Below the pieces are notes generated by a model, which was not told the origin of the DNA, ran no database searches, and saw nothing but the letters and a program-made list of their open reading frames with translations. From positions 2,976,001 to 3,040,000 of the forward strand of contig CAWGMQ010000004.1 in the NCBI GenBank assembly GCA_963823665.1: a DNA stretch of 64,000 nucleotides. Direction: 5' to 3'. Source of the stretch: an uncultured Planctomycetota bacterium. Its GTDB lineage: Bacteria; Planctomycetota; Planctomycetia; Isosphaerales; Isosphaeraceae. Below are positions 40,479 to 51,841 of the stretch, in pieces. The translations under genes and the position numbers were made by a program. Each line of letters begins with the position of its first letter. Position 1 is the stretch's first letter.

Positions 40479-41918
40479 TTACACTCGCACTGCGGCATCG
40501 TCGAGATCGATGGCGTCCGTGATCGGGTAGCGCCGGCGAATCGGGTCGATGACGCTCGCGACGAATTCGTCAACCTGGGCGGCCGAGCGGCCGGTGTATC
40601 GGCTGGGGTCGAGAATACGGTCGAAATCGAGGCGAGGAAACGCCGCATCGCTGCGAATGCGGTCGAACAGGTCGTTCCGGGCAGCTCCTTGGTTCAACTG
40701 CTCGGAAGCCGCGATTGAGTGAACCCTGATCCGCTCGTGGAGTGCCTGGCGGTCGCCGCCGGCCTGGACCGCGGCCATGAGCAGGTTTTCGGTTGCCATG
40801 AACGGGAGCTGTTCGGCGACATGCCGCGCGATCACAGCGGGATGCACCACCAAACCGTGGGCGATATTCAAGTAAAGGTTGAGGATCGCATCCACCGCCA
40901 GAAACGCCTGAGGGATGACCAGCCGACGAATCGCACTGTCGTCGAGCGTGCGCTCGAGCCACTGGGTGGCCGCTGTCTGGCTTCCGGCCGGAGCCAGCGC
41001 CAGCGTGAACCGGGCAAGCGAGCACATCCGCTCCGCCCGCATCGGATTGCGCTTGTAAGCCATCGCGGATGAGCCGATTTGCTCGGACTCGAATGGCTCT
41101 TCGACCTCGCGTTCGTGCGCGAGCAGACGCAGATCCGTACCGAAGCGATGGCCGCTTTCGGCGAGGCCGGCCAGGGTGGAGAGCACCTGGGCGTCGACCT
41201 TCCGCGAGTACGTCTGACCGGAGACCGGGTAGACCTCCGAGAATTCAAATGCCGCGGCCACCCGTCTGTCGAGCTCGACGACCTTGGCATCGTCACCATC
41301 AAAAAGCTCGAGGAAACTGGCCTGAGTTCCTGTGGTCCCCTTTGCGCCGAGGAATTTGAGTCCGGCGATCCGTTGGTCGATTTCTTCCAGGTCCAGAACC
41401 AGCTCGTGGCACCAGAGCGAGGCCCGCTTGCCCACCGTGACCAGTTGGGCCGGCTGAAAATGGGTGTAGCCCAGGCAGGGCAGGTCCTTCCACGTCCGCG
41501 CGAAGGCAGCGAGTGCATCGATCGCCGCGACGGTCTTCTGGTGCACGAGCGCAAGGGCCCCCCGCATCAGAATCAGATCAGCGTTGTCGGTGACGTAGCA
41601 GCTCGTGGCGCCCAGGTGAATGATCGCGCGGGCGGCAGGGGCTGCATCCGCGAACGCATGAACGTGCGCCATGACGTCGTGTCGGAATCGCTTTTCGTAA
41701 GCATCCGCGCGATCGAAATCGATTGTATCGACCTGGTCGCGAAGCGCGGCAATCTGAGTGTCGGTGATTGAAAGCCCGAGCGCTTGCTGTGCCTCGGCGA
41801 GGGCGACCCAGAGCCTCCGCCAGATCGAGAACTTGGTCTGCGGCGACCAGAGCCGCGCCATGCCCGGGCTGGCATACCGAATAATCAACGGATTTTCATA
41901 GATATCATTCTGGCTCAT
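40479..41918 (-). CDS. purB: Adenylosuccinate lyase
   Basis: YENPLIIRYAS, RHDVMAH, GYTHFQPAQ, GSSAMAYKRNP. Confidence 0.96.
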   Translation of the reverse strand: MSQNDIYENPLIIRYASPGMARLWSPQTKFSIWRRLWVALAEAQQALGLSITDTQIAALRDQVDTIDFDRADAYEKRFRHDVMAHVHAFADAAPAARAIIHLGATSCYVTDNADLILMRGALALVHQKTVAAIDALAAFARTWKDLPCLGYTHFQPAQLVTVGKRASLWCHELVLDLEEIDQRIAGLKFLGAKGTTGTQASFLELFDGDDAKVVELDRRVAAAFEFSEVYPVSGQTYSRKVDAQVLSTLAGLAESGHRFGTDLRLLAHEREVEEPFESEQIGSSAMAYKRNPMRAERMCSLARFTLALAPAGSQTAATQWLERTLDDSAIRRLVIPQAFLAVDAILNLYLNIAHGLVVHPAVIARHVAEQLPFMATENLLMAAVQAGGDRQALHERIRVHSIAASEQLNQGAARNDLFDRIRSDAAFPRLDFDRILDPSRYTGRSAAQVDEFVASVIDPIRRRYPITDAIDLDDAAVRV

Positions 41919-42191
41919 TGTGGGACGATCCTCTCCCGGACGACGCTATCGTAGCGCACGACCAAGCTCCGGGGCAAGTGGTTGCCGGCGGGGAAATCGA
42001 CACAAGACTATGTCGCAAAGGCGTTTGGAGATGGTTTTCCATATTTTTCGCAATTATTCTTGTAAAAAAAGCGAAAAAGGGATCTGGCGCGATGGACGGC
42101 ACGGGGTTCGGCTTTCTAGAATGAGGGAGTCGAGCGTTTGCTATCGTTCGGTCTGCGTGTTGTTTTTCGCTGGTTCGACGCGGAGGTTCCG

Positions 42192-42830
42192 ATGTCCGAA
42201 TCGTCGGATCGAGGATTGCTGGATCTGATCCGCCGGAGCGGCCCGCTCACGGTTGTGGAGATGGGTGCGCGTCTGGGTGTGACGGGCACAGCCGTGCGGA
42301 ACCGGCTGGCGCGGTTGCTGGGGATGGGGCTGGTTGAGCGGAAGTCCGAGCACCAGGGGCGCGGCCGACCGCGGCACACGTACGAGGCGAGCGTCCTGGC
42401 GCGGAAGCAGCTTGGCCAGAACTATGCCGACTTGGCGGTTGCGCTGTGGGACGAGCTGATGGGCACCATCGCCGACCGCAAGCTGCGCCGGCACTTGTTT
42501 ATCCGGGTGACCGAGCGGATGGCTGAGACGTATCGGGCGCAGGTCAGCGGCCAGGAATGGGAAGGGCGGCTCGTGCAGCTCACCGGCTTGCTGGTCGATC
42601 GGGGTGTCGAGGCCGAAGTTGCCGAGGGTGCGCGGGGGGCGATTCCGCTCTTGCGCCAGCATTCGTGCCCTTACTACGAGCTTGCCGAGGCCGATCGATC
42701 GATCTGTGCGCTCGAGCGGAAGATGTTTGAGAAAGTGCTGGGGCGAGGCCTCAAGCTCAGCCAGTGCCGGCTAGACGGTGACCGATTCTGTGATTTCGAG
42801 GCGAAGCCCGCGCCTACTTCGCAAACGTGA
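42192..42830 (+). CDS. sufR: SufR-like wHTH transcriptional regulator
   Basis: HTH, GRGRP wing, HSCPY...ICALE...C; first gene of the suf operon. Confidence 0.8.
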   Translation: MSESSDRGLLDLIRRSGPLTVVEMGARLGVTGTAVRNRLARLLGMGLVERKSEHQGRGRPRHTYEASVLARKQLGQNYADLAVALWDELMGTIADRKLRRHLFIRVTERMAETYRAQVSGQEWEGRLVQLTGLLVDRGVEAEVAEGARGAIPLLRQHSCPYYELAEADRSICALERKMFEKVLGRGLKLSQCRLDGDRFCDFEAKPAPTSQT

Positions 42831-42892
42831 CGATTGGTAGATGAGACTTCTCGGGCCAACTCAAGACGGGTGTCCAACAGGAAGAAAGAGTG

Positions 42893-43732
<840 letters not shown>

Positions 43733-43764
43733 CTTTCGGAATCACTTACCAAGGAATGCTTGCC

Positions 43765-45183
43765 ATGTCGACCGATCTGAACCTGCAAGTAGCGGGCATC
43801 AAAGACGACTACAAGTACGGCTTCCACGACTCGGAGGAGAACTATTCGTTCAAGAGCGGCAAGGGATTGACGCGCGAGATCGTCTGCCAGATCTCGGAGA
43901 TGAAGAGCGAGCCGGGCTGGATGCGCGACTTCCGCCTCAAGGCGCTTGACGTCTTCAATGCCAAGCCGATGCCGAGCTGGGGGGGCGACCTCTCGCACCT
44001 CAATTTCGACGATATCCACTACTACATGAAGGCGGCGGACCGCCAGGGAAAGAGCTGGGACGATGTTCCGGCCGAGATCAAGAGAACGTTCGACAAGCTG
44101 GGAATTCCAGAGGCCGAGCGCAAGTTCCTGGCAGGTGTGGGCGCCCAGTACGAGTCAGAGGTCGTTTATCACAGCCTCCGCGAAGACCTGCAGAAAAAGG
44201 GCGTGCTCTTCACCGACACCGACACGGCGATTCGTGAGCATTCCGACCTCGTGCGCGAGTATTTCGGCACGATCATCCCGATCGAGGACAACAAGTTTGC
44301 CGCGCTCAACTCGGCCGTGTGGAGCGGCGGCTCGTTCGTGTATATCCCCTCGGGCGTGAAGGTTGACATTCCGCTTCAGGCTTATTTCCGGATCAACGCC
44401 GAGAACATGGGGCAGTTCGAGCGTACTCTGATCATCGTCGAGGAAGGGGCGCAGGTCCACTACGTCGAGGGTTGCACGGCGCCGATCTACACGTCCGAAA
44501 GCCTGCATTCGGCGGTGGTCGAGATCGTGGTGAAGAAGCACGGGCGGTGCCGGTACACGACGATCCAGAACTGGGCGAACAACATCTACAACCTGGTCAC
44601 CAAGCGAGCGGTGGCCCACGAGGATGCCTTGATGGAATGGGTCGACGGCAATCTGGGGAGCCGGCTGACCATGAAGTATCCGTCGGTTTACATGGTGGGC
44701 AAGGGGGCGCGGGGCGAGATCCTTTCGATCGCGTTTGCGGGCAAGGGGCAGCACCAGGACGCCGGCGGCAAAGTCGTTCATGCCGCGCCTTACACCAGCT
44801 CGCGGATCATCTCCAAGAGCATCAGCAAGAACGGCGGGCGGCGCCAGCTATCGCGGGCTCTTGAAGGTTGCGCAGCGGGGCCGTCGGGTCGAAGTCGAAC
44901 GTTGTCTGCGACGCCTTGATCCTGGACGCAGCACAGCCGGTCGGATACGTATCCCTATATCGAGATTGATGAAGACGACGTCAAGATCGGGCACGAGGCG
45001 AGCGTCTCGAAGATCGGCGAGGAGCAGCTCTTCTACCTGATGAGCCGCGGGCTCTCCGATGCCGAGGCGTCGACCTTGATCGTGAGCGGCTTCATCGAGC
45101 CGCTCGTCAAGGAACTGCCGATGGAATACGCGGTGGAGATGAACAAGCTGATTCAGCTTCAGATGGAAGGCTCGGTGGGGTGA
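43765..45183 (+). CDS. sufB: Fe-S assembly protein SufB (indels at about 44840-44935)
   Basis: [25 protein letters not shown]; after the shift [44 protein letters not shown]. Confidence 0.96.
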
Positions 45184-45197
45184 GAGGGGACTTTGAC

Positions 45198-45395
45198 ATG
45201 AGTTCAGCCGTTCAAGCACTAAACGACGCTTACGATCGACTGACATCTGAAGAGCGCCGTGAGGCGGTATGCGAGATTCTCCGCCGCGAAAAGCTCGCAG
45301 ATTACCCACCGCTTGACGACGAAATGATTGACCGGATTGCCGACGACTCGTTCCTGGAAAATGACGTGCGCGAGTTCGTTGATGTCGAGCACTGA
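45198..45395 (+). CDS. Small acidic protein, probable antitoxin
   Basis: 65 aa; overlaps the start of a PemK/MazF-like stub. Confidence 0.55.
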   Translation: MSSAVQALNDAYDRLTSEERREAVCEILRREKLADYPPLDDEMIDRIADDSFLENDVREFVDVEH

Positions 45396-45465
45396 TCGCG
45401 GCGAAGTCTGGATGGTTGACCTGGGGTATGTTGAAGATGCCGTGAGGCACTGGCTCGGTTTGTGA
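45382..45465 (+). pseudogene. Truncated PemK/MazF-like toxin
   Basis: MSSTDRGEVWMVDLGY then a stop after 27 codons; RGEVWxVDL is the typical MazF N-terminus. Confidence 0.65.
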
Positions 45466-45481
45466 TGAGAATCAAAGCGCG

Positions 45482-46819
45482 ATGAACACCAATTCGGCGT
45501 CTCTCATGTCTCAGGCGAAGACTGGCTTCACGGAAGACGCGTTCGAGGTATTCCTGCGCCAGCGTGACGAGCCATCGTGGCTGCTCGAGCGCCGTCGCGA
45601 GGCGTTTGCCCGCTACCAAGCTTTCGCGTGGCCCAGTGCACGCGACGAAGAATGGCGCCGGACGGATATCCGCGCGCTCAAGATGGATGCGTTTGCGCCC
45701 CCATCTCGCAGCGAACCGAGCGCAACAGACCGCGCTTCCCTCGAACAGCTCTGGCAGAGCCTGAGCGCGCACTACGCCACCGGCATCGCGCACGTCGCCG
45801 GCGCACTGGCGCGGAAAGCCGATCCATCGCGTCTTGGACGGGCAGTGTTCATCGATCTGGACCAAGCGGTCAAAGATTATCCGGAGCTCCTCGAGCGATA
45901 TCTTTTGACGGAAGCCGTCACGCCCGGAGCAGACGTGCTTGCCGCGCTTCACTCGGCGTTCTGGAGCGGTGGCACGCTGTTGTATCTGCCGAAGGGTGTG
46001 ACGCTCGAAGCCCCGCTCTTCAGCCTGGCCGCACTGGGCCGAACCGGACGTGTCGACACGAGTCACACGCTCGTTGTGCTTGAGGAGGGAGCCGAGGCCA
46101 CGCTGGTGCGGGAAGCGAGCGGGCAGGGGGGTGGCGATTCGCCTGCGGGGCTGCATGTTGGTGCGCTCGAGGTCTTTCTGGGACAGGGAGCCCGTCTGCG
46201 ATTGGTGAGCATCCAGAACTGGGACGAGCAGACCTGGCACTTCAGTCGCGAGCGGGCGATCGTGGGGCGTGATGCCTCGCTGCAATGGACTGTCGGCGGA
46301 CTGGGGTCGCGTCTCTCAAAAGTCAATCAGGAGGTTGCTCTCGCCGGGCAAGGGGCGAAGGCCCAGGTCAACGGGGTGATGTTCACGACGGGCCGCCAGC
46401 ACCTTGCTTATTTCACCAGACAAGACCACCAGGCGCCGCATACGACGAGCGACCTGTTGTACAAGGCCGGCCTCAAGGACAAATCGCGAATCGTGTGGAA
46501 GGGAATGATCCGGGTCGAGAAAGACGCCCAGCGCACGGACGCTTATCAGAAGAACGACAACCTCGTGCTCTCGCATTCGGCCCGCGCGGACTCGATTCCC
46601 GGGCTCGAGATCGAGGCCAACGACGTGCGCTGCACCCACGGTGCGACGGCGGGCCGTGTCGACGACGAGATGATCTTTTACGCCCAGGCACGGGCGATTC
46701 CCAAAGAAACCGCGATCCGGCTCATCGTCGAGGGCTTCTTCGCCAACGTTTACGATCGAATCACGATCGATCCGGTTCGAGAAGCGCTTCGCCAGGCGGT
46801 CGAGAACAAGCTCGCTTGA
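45482..46819 (+). CDS. sufD: Fe-S assembly protein SufD
   Basis: EEWRRTD, PGLEIEANDVRCTHGATAG, LIVEGF. Confidence 0.95.
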   Translation: MNTNSASLMSQAKTGFTEDAFEVFLRQRDEPSWLLERRREAFARYQAFAWPSARDEEWRRTDIRALKMDAFAPPSRSEPSATDRASLEQLWQSLSAHYATGIAHVAGALARKADPSRLGRAVFIDLDQAVKDYPELLERYLLTEAVTPGADVLAALHSAFWSGGTLLYLPKGVTLEAPLFSLAALGRTGRVDTSHTLVVLEEGAEATLVREASGQGGGDSPAGLHVGALEVFLGQGARLRLVSIQNWDEQTWHFSRERAIVGRDASLQWTVGGLGSRLSKVNQEVALAGQGAKAQVNGVMFTTGRQHLAYFTRQDHQAPHTTSDLLYKAGLKDKSRIVWKGMIRVEKDAQRTDAYQKNDNLVLSHSARADSIPGLEIEANDVRCTHGATAGRVDDEMIFYAQARAIPKETAIRLIVEGFFANVYDRITIDPVREALRQAVENKLA

Positions 46820-46849
46820 TTTCAGCCAAATTTTCCACGGAGAGCACAT

Positions 46850-47704
46850 ATGGGAGAACCTTACGTTCATCCGGAAGTCCTGGTTTCGGCCGACTGGGTC
46901 GCAGACCACTTGAAAGATCCGAAGGTGCGCATCGTCGAGAGTGATGAAGATCTGTTGCTCTACGGCCAAGGCCATATTCCCGGCGCGGTCATGATCGACT
47001 GGCAGGGCGATCTCCAGGACCAGCTTGTTCGCGATTACATCAACGCCGACAAATTCGCGGCGATGTGCTCGAAAGCAGGAATTGGAAACGACACGACGGT
47101 GGTCTTTTACGGCGATAAGTCGAACTGGTGGGCCTGCTATGCGTTCTGGGCGTTCAAGCTCTTCGGACATCCTGACTGCCGCATTTTGAATGGCGGCCGC
47201 AAGCTCTGGCTCGACCAAAAGCGGCCTACCAGCACGGAGAGCCCTCAATATCACGCCGCGCAATACAAGGTGCGCGGGAGCGACGAAGATCGGATCCGGA
47301 TCTTCCGTGACGCGGTTGCTGCCCACGCCAAGGCGGGGCTGCCGCTGATCGACGTTCGCAGTCCCAAGGAATTCACCGGTGAGATGCTGCACATGGAGGC
47401 ATATCCACAGGAGGGTGCGCTCCGCGGTGGCCACATCCCTGGCGCCAGGAACGTGCCCTGGAGCCGGGCGGTCAATGAAGACGGGACGTTCAAATCGGTC
47501 GAGGAGCTGAAGGCGATCTACGAAGGTGAGATCGGTCTGAAGCCGAGCGACAATGTGGTGGCCTATTGCCGGATCGGCGAGCGATCGAGCCTGACCTGGT
47601 TTGTCTTGACCTACTTGCTCGGTTATGGGAGCGTCAGAAACTACGACGGCTCGTGGACGGAGTGGGGCAACCTCGTGCGAGCCCCGATCGCCAAGGGGGC
47701 CTGA
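46850..47704 (+). CDS. Tandem-domain rhodanese (thiosulfate sulfurtransferase, SseA-like)
   Basis: GHIPGA twice, YCRIGERS active-site loop, [10 protein letters not shown]. Confidence 0.93.
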   Translation: MGEPYVHPEVLVSADWVADHLKDPKVRIVESDEDLLLYGQGHIPGAVMIDWQGDLQDQLVRDYINADKFAAMCSKAGIGNDTTVVFYGDKSNWWACYAFWAFKLFGHPDCRILNGGRKLWLDQKRPTSTESPQYHAAQYKVRGSDEDRIRIFRDAVAAHAKAGLPLIDVRSPKEFTGEMLHMEAYPQEGALRGGHIPGARNVPWSRAVNEDGTFKSVEELKAIYEGEIGLKPSDNVVAYCRIGERSSLTWFVLTYLLGYGSVRNYDGSWTEWGNLVRAPIAKGA

Positions 47705-47722
47705 GTGCGACGCGAGGGAAAC

Positions 47723-48166
47723 ATGCCGACTGCACTCGACGCGATTGTGACCGATCTGAAGGGAAGTGACCGCCAGGAACGGATCGACATCCTGCTCGAC
47801 TTCGCCAAGAGTCTGCCGCCGTTGCCGGAGAGGCTGCTTGCGCACAAGGATGCCTCGCATCGCGTCGAGGAATGCCAGTCGCCGGTTTATCTGTTCGTCG
47901 AGCTTGAGGACGGCCGCGTTACTTTGAACGCCGATGCGCCGATCGAGGCGCCGACGGTCCGCGGATTTGTTTCGCTGTTGCTCGAAGGCTTGAACACTGC
48001 AACGGTCGAGGAGATCCTTTCGGTACCGTCTGACCTGGTGGATCAATGCGGCCTGGGTGAAATCCTGGGGATGCTCCGGGTGCGCGGGCTCTCGGGTGTG
48101 CTCAGGCGACTGAAGGCCGAGGTAACCCGCGTGGCCATCGAGAAGGCCGCCTCGGTACCGAGCTGA
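47723..48166 (+). CDS. sufE: SufE-family sulfur acceptor
   Basis: RVEECQSPVYL, EAPTVRGF, LRVRG. Confidence 0.9.
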   Translation: MPTALDAIVTDLKGSDRQERIDILLDFAKSLPPLPERLLAHKDASHRVEECQSPVYLFVELEDGRVTLNADAPIEAPTVRGFVSLLLEGLNTATVEEILSVPSDLVDQCGLGEILGMLRVRGLSGVLRRLKAEVTRVAIEKAASVPS

Positions 48167-48185
48167 GAAAGGTAAAGCCCAAGGG

Positions 48186-48503
48186 ATGCCATCGTTCGTC
48201 AAAGTCGCCTCTGCCGCCAATTTGCCGCCCGGCAGCAAGAAACTCGCCGAGGTCGACGGCCGGCCGATCGCGGTGTTCAACGTCAATGGATCGTTTTACG
48301 CGATCGACGACGTTTGCACCCACGATGGGGGCCCGCTGGCTGAGGGCGAGCTACTCGGTTGCGAGATCATGTGCCCGCGCCACGGTGCGCGCTTCGACGT
48401 CCGGACGGGCAAAGCGCTCTGCATGCCTGCCGTCGAGCCGGTCGCGGTGCATGCCACCGAGCTTCGCGGCGATGACGTGTACGTGGCTTTGAGCGACGAC
48501 TGA
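48186..48503 (+). CDS. Rieske-type ferredoxin
   Basis: CTH...CPRHGARFD. Confidence 0.93.
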   Translation: MPSFVKVASAANLPPGSKKLAEVDGRPIAVFNVNGSFYAIDDVCTHDGGPLAEGELLGCEIMCPRHGARFDVRTGKALCMPAVEPVAVHATELRGDDVYVALSDD

Positions 48504-48563
48504 ATCACCGCGACAGGACAACAGCCACCAATTGAAATCACTGCGACAGGAGCGAGATGAGCC

Positions 48564-48863
48564 ATGCCCGATCAAGACGCGTTAATCGCCGCGCTGCGCA
48601 AGGTCAACGACCCCGAGCTGAATGTGAACGTCATCGACCTGGGCTTGATCTATTCGATCCAGAGCAAAGAAGGTGAGGTCGACGTCGAGATGACGCTCAC
48701 CTCGCCGGCGTGCCCGGCCGGCCCGGCGATGCTGCAAAGCGCCGCCAAGGCGCTCGAAGGCGTCGAAGGGGTGAGCAAGGCCAACGTCAAGCTGGTGATG
48801 TCGCCCCCCTGGTCACCGGACAAGATGTCCGACGCGGCACGGGATGAATTGGGGATTTTTTGA
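48564..48863 (+). CDS. SufT/PaaD (DUF59) Fe-S assembly factor
   Basis: VNDPELNVNVIDLGLIY, MTLTSPACP, PPWSPD. Confidence 0.92.
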   Translation: MPDQDALIAALRKVNDPELNVNVIDLGLIYSIQSKEGEVDVEMTLTSPACPAGPAMLQSAAKALEGVEGVSKANVKLVMSPPWSPDKMSDAARDELGIF

Positions 48864-48972
48864 CGTTCTACCGCCCGGCCCGCCCTCTGCTGTACGCCCT
48901 TGCAATCCATCCGGGCATCAGCGATAAAAAACGTGAAACATCATTTTGAATCACGCCATCGCGGAGATCGCC

Positions 48973-50241
48973 ATGCGTGCACATCCCAATCGGCGAACGT
49001 TTATAGGAGCCGGCGCGGCGGGGCTGAGTTTGGCGCTCCAGCGCTCTGGCCGGGCGGCGCCGGACGCGCGGGTGCGAGTGGCAATCATCGGTTTGCGCAA
49101 TCGCGGATATGACCACGCCAGGCTCTTCGCCGCGAATCCTCACTGCGAGGTGGTGGCCATCTGTGATATTGACGACTCGATGTTCGTCAAGCCTCTGGAA
49201 GCGGTCGAAGCGGCAACTGGAAAGTCGCCGCGGGTCGAGAAAGACTTTCGCCGGCTGCTCGATGACAAGACGATCGACGCCGTCACCATCGCCACGCCCG
49301 ACCATTGGCATGCAATGCTGACCGTGCTCGCCTGTCAGGCATCCAAGGACGTTTATGTCGAAAAGCCCGCCAGCCATAACGTCATGGAAGGCCGACGGAT
49401 GGTCGAGGCCGTGCGCAAGTACAACCGCGTTGTACAGCTCGGTACGCAGCGGCGAAGCACGCCCCACGTCCAGGAGGCGATCGAGCACGTGCGGTCAGGC
49501 GCGCTGGGGAAGGTGAGCATGGCCAAGGCCTGGTGTCATCAGAAACGGGTCACTATCGGCCGCGGCCACGAGGGCGCGGTGCCACCGGGTGTCGATTATG
49601 CGATGTGGCAGGGGCCTGCACCCGACCGGCCCTATTATTCGAATCGCTTCCATTACTGCTGGCACTGGTTCTGGCACTGGGGCACGGGCGAGCTGGGAAA
49701 CAACGGAATTCATGGCGTGGACGTTGCCCGCTGGGGGCTCGGCGTGGACGCACCTCTCACTGTCAGTTCCGGCGGTGGCAAGTTCTATTTCGACGACGAT
49801 CAGGAAACGCCGGACACCCAGATCGCCACCTGGGAGTTTCCCCTCGCCTGTCTGGTCTGCGAGCATCGAATCTGGTCCGACCATCCAACCGAAGGCACCT
49901 TATTCGGCGTGTCATTTCTCGGCGACAAGGGAACGCTGGTCATCGACGACAAGGGCTGGCGCGTCGAACAAGGCGACGGCGCCAAGGGTTTGCGCCGGGA
50001 AGAAGGACAGGCGAAGCACGTCGAGAACTTTCTCGAGTGCGTGAAAACCCGTCATCGACCGAATGCCGATATCGAAACCGGACACTCCAGTACTCGGCTC
50101 TGCCTGCTGGGCAACATTGCTTACCGCACCGGCAAGAAACTCACGTTCGATGCGGCCAGTGAGTCGGTTCACGACACCGCGGCTGACGCGATGCTCGCAC
50201 GAGAGTATAGTAATCGATTCGAGATGCCTTCGCAGGTTTGA
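48973..50241 (+). CDS. Gfo/Idh/MocA oxidoreductase with Tat signal
   Basis: NRRTFIG, IATPDHWH, DVYVEKP, QLGTQRRS. Confidence 0.92.
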   Translation: MRAHPNRRTFIGAGAAGLSLALQRSGRAAPDARVRVAIIGLRNRGYDHARLFAANPHCEVVAICDIDDSMFVKPLEAVEAATGKSPRVEKDFRRLLDDKTIDAVTIATPDHWHAMLTVLACQASKDVYVEKPASHNVMEGRRMVEAVRKYNRVVQLGTQRRSTPHVQEAIEHVRSGALGKVSMAKAWCHQKRVTIGRGHEGAVPPGVDYAMWQGPAPDRPYYSNRFHYCWHWFWHWGTGELGNNGIHGVDVARWGLGVDAPLTVSSGGGKFYFDDDQETPDTQIATWEFPLACLVCEHRIWSDHPTEGTLFGVSFLGDKGTLVIDDKGWRVEQGDGAKGLRREEGQAKHVENFLECVKTRHRPNADIETGHSSTRLCLLGNIAYRTGKKLTFDAASESVHDTAADAMLAREYSNRFEMPSQV

Positions 50242-50295
50242 ACCAGGCGGTTCTCGAGATCGGCACGATCGGCCGCGCAGCGAGCGCCCTTCACC

Positions 50296-51393
50296 ATGCA
50301 ACTCAGTCCAATCGGCCTGATGATTGATCAGCTCGACACGCCGGCGCTGCTGCTCGACCTCGAGGCGCTCGCGCACAACGTCGGAAAGATGGCAGGCCAT
50401 TTCCGCGATCGAAATGTGCAGTGGCGGCCCCACGCCAAGGCATTCAAGTGCCCGGCGATCGCTCACATTTTGCAGAAAGCGGGTGCGATCGGCGTCACCG
50501 TTGCGAAGGTGTCCGAGGCAGAGGTGATGGCCGCAGGCGGGATCACGGACATCCTGATCGCGCATCTTGTCGTCGGACCAAGCAAGGTGGCGCGGCTCGC
50601 TGCATTGCAGCATCAGGCCGACGTCAAGGTGACGGTCGACCACCCCGAGCATGTGGGAGAACTTAGCCGGGCGGCGCAGGATGCCGGCGTCACGATTGGT
50701 GTTCTTGTCGACGTCGACCTCGGCATGAAGCGAACCGGCGTTCCGACCGCCAAGGATGCTGTGACGCTTTGCCGGCAAGTTGCCGCCAGCCCGGGCTTGC
50801 GATTCGACGGATTGATGGGATACGAAGGTCATACGCTCATGATCGCCGATCCGGCCGAGAAACGGACGACGATCGCGTCGGCAATCGCCAAGCTGCTCGA
50901 GACCCGCGAATTGGCCGAGCAGTCGGGCCACGACTGCAGAATCATCTCCGCCGGCGGATCTGGGTCATACCAGTACACCGCCGATTTTTCCGGAGTGACC
51001 GAGATTCAGGCCGGCGGCGGCATCTTCGCTTGCCAGTATTACACGCGGATGTGCCAGGTCGAAGGGCACCTCCCGGCGATCCGCGTTCTGGCGACCGTGG
51101 TCAGCCGGCCCGCCCGCGACCGAGCCATCCTCGACATTGGCCAGAAATCGATCAGCCAGCACCAAACTCCACCAGTCCTGCTAGACTATCCAAACTGCCT
51201 AGTCATCGGGCTTTCGGCGGAGCATGCGACGATTGCGGTCGATTCGCAGATTAGCCTTCCGATTGGAGAAAAGGTGCAGGTCTTGCCCGGTTATAGCGAT
51301 TTTACTTTTGTGCTGCATGACCGAGTCTTTGGCGTTCGGCGCGGGCGCGTCGAAGTGGTGTGGGATCTCCTCGGCCGAGGAAAACTACAGTAA
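50296..51393 (+). CDS. PLP fold-III enzyme, D-threonine aldolase / D-serine dehydratase (DSD1) family
   Basis: LDTPALLLD, WRPHAKAFK, RTGV, GLMGYEGH, LSAEH. Confidence 0.88.
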   Translation: MQLSPIGLMIDQLDTPALLLDLEALAHNVGKMAGHFRDRNVQWRPHAKAFKCPAIAHILQKAGAIGVTVAKVSEAEVMAAGGITDILIAHLVVGPSKVARLAALQHQADVKVTVDHPEHVGELSRAAQDAGVTIGVLVDVDLGMKRTGVPTAKDAVTLCRQVAASPGLRFDGLMGYEGHTLMIADPAEKRTTIASAIAKLLETRELAEQSGHDCRIISAGGSGSYQYTADFSGVTEIQAGGGIFACQYYTRMCQVEGHLPAIRVLATVVSRPARDRAILDIGQKSISQHQTPPVLLDYPNCLVIGLSAEHATIAVDSQISLPIGEKVQVLPGYSDFTFVLHDRVFGVRRGRVEVVWDLLGRGKLQ

Positions 51394-51841
51394 CCTCGAC
51401 CAAGCAAGAGAGTTACTGCTGGGTCTCCTCCGCGGACAGGCCCGGGAATATGAAAGGGGGGGACTGGCCAAATCAATGCATCCATGCTAGAATAACGGTC
51501 AGAAACTTGCTCAACGAATAGGATGGTTTTGGCAACGGAGGTGATTGGCCCACAAGGCCGAGGAACGAGCTTCTTGACTCGAGTGCTCTGACTGTTGCCC
51601 GGTGGGAGGTGAACAAATCAGCCTGGTCAAACGCCTGGGTGGTTTGGGCTCGATGAGGGTTTCGGTTTCGATTAATTTGACGCGTGCGAGGCATGGATTG
51701 AATCGGAATGTTCTAGAATAATGGCGGTCGGGTGTCCCAATTGGCGGTGATCGTCAATACGTTATTGGGGCTGCAGTTCAGGATTCGCCTTGAGCGCGAA
51801 TTGATGAGAGGAGAGGGGGCGTGGGCAGCGCACGGGAGAAG

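Noticed and set aside
51394..51841. Riboswitch or sRNA in the long intergenic region
   Set aside because: No recognisable conserved motif; an Rfam scan would be needed.
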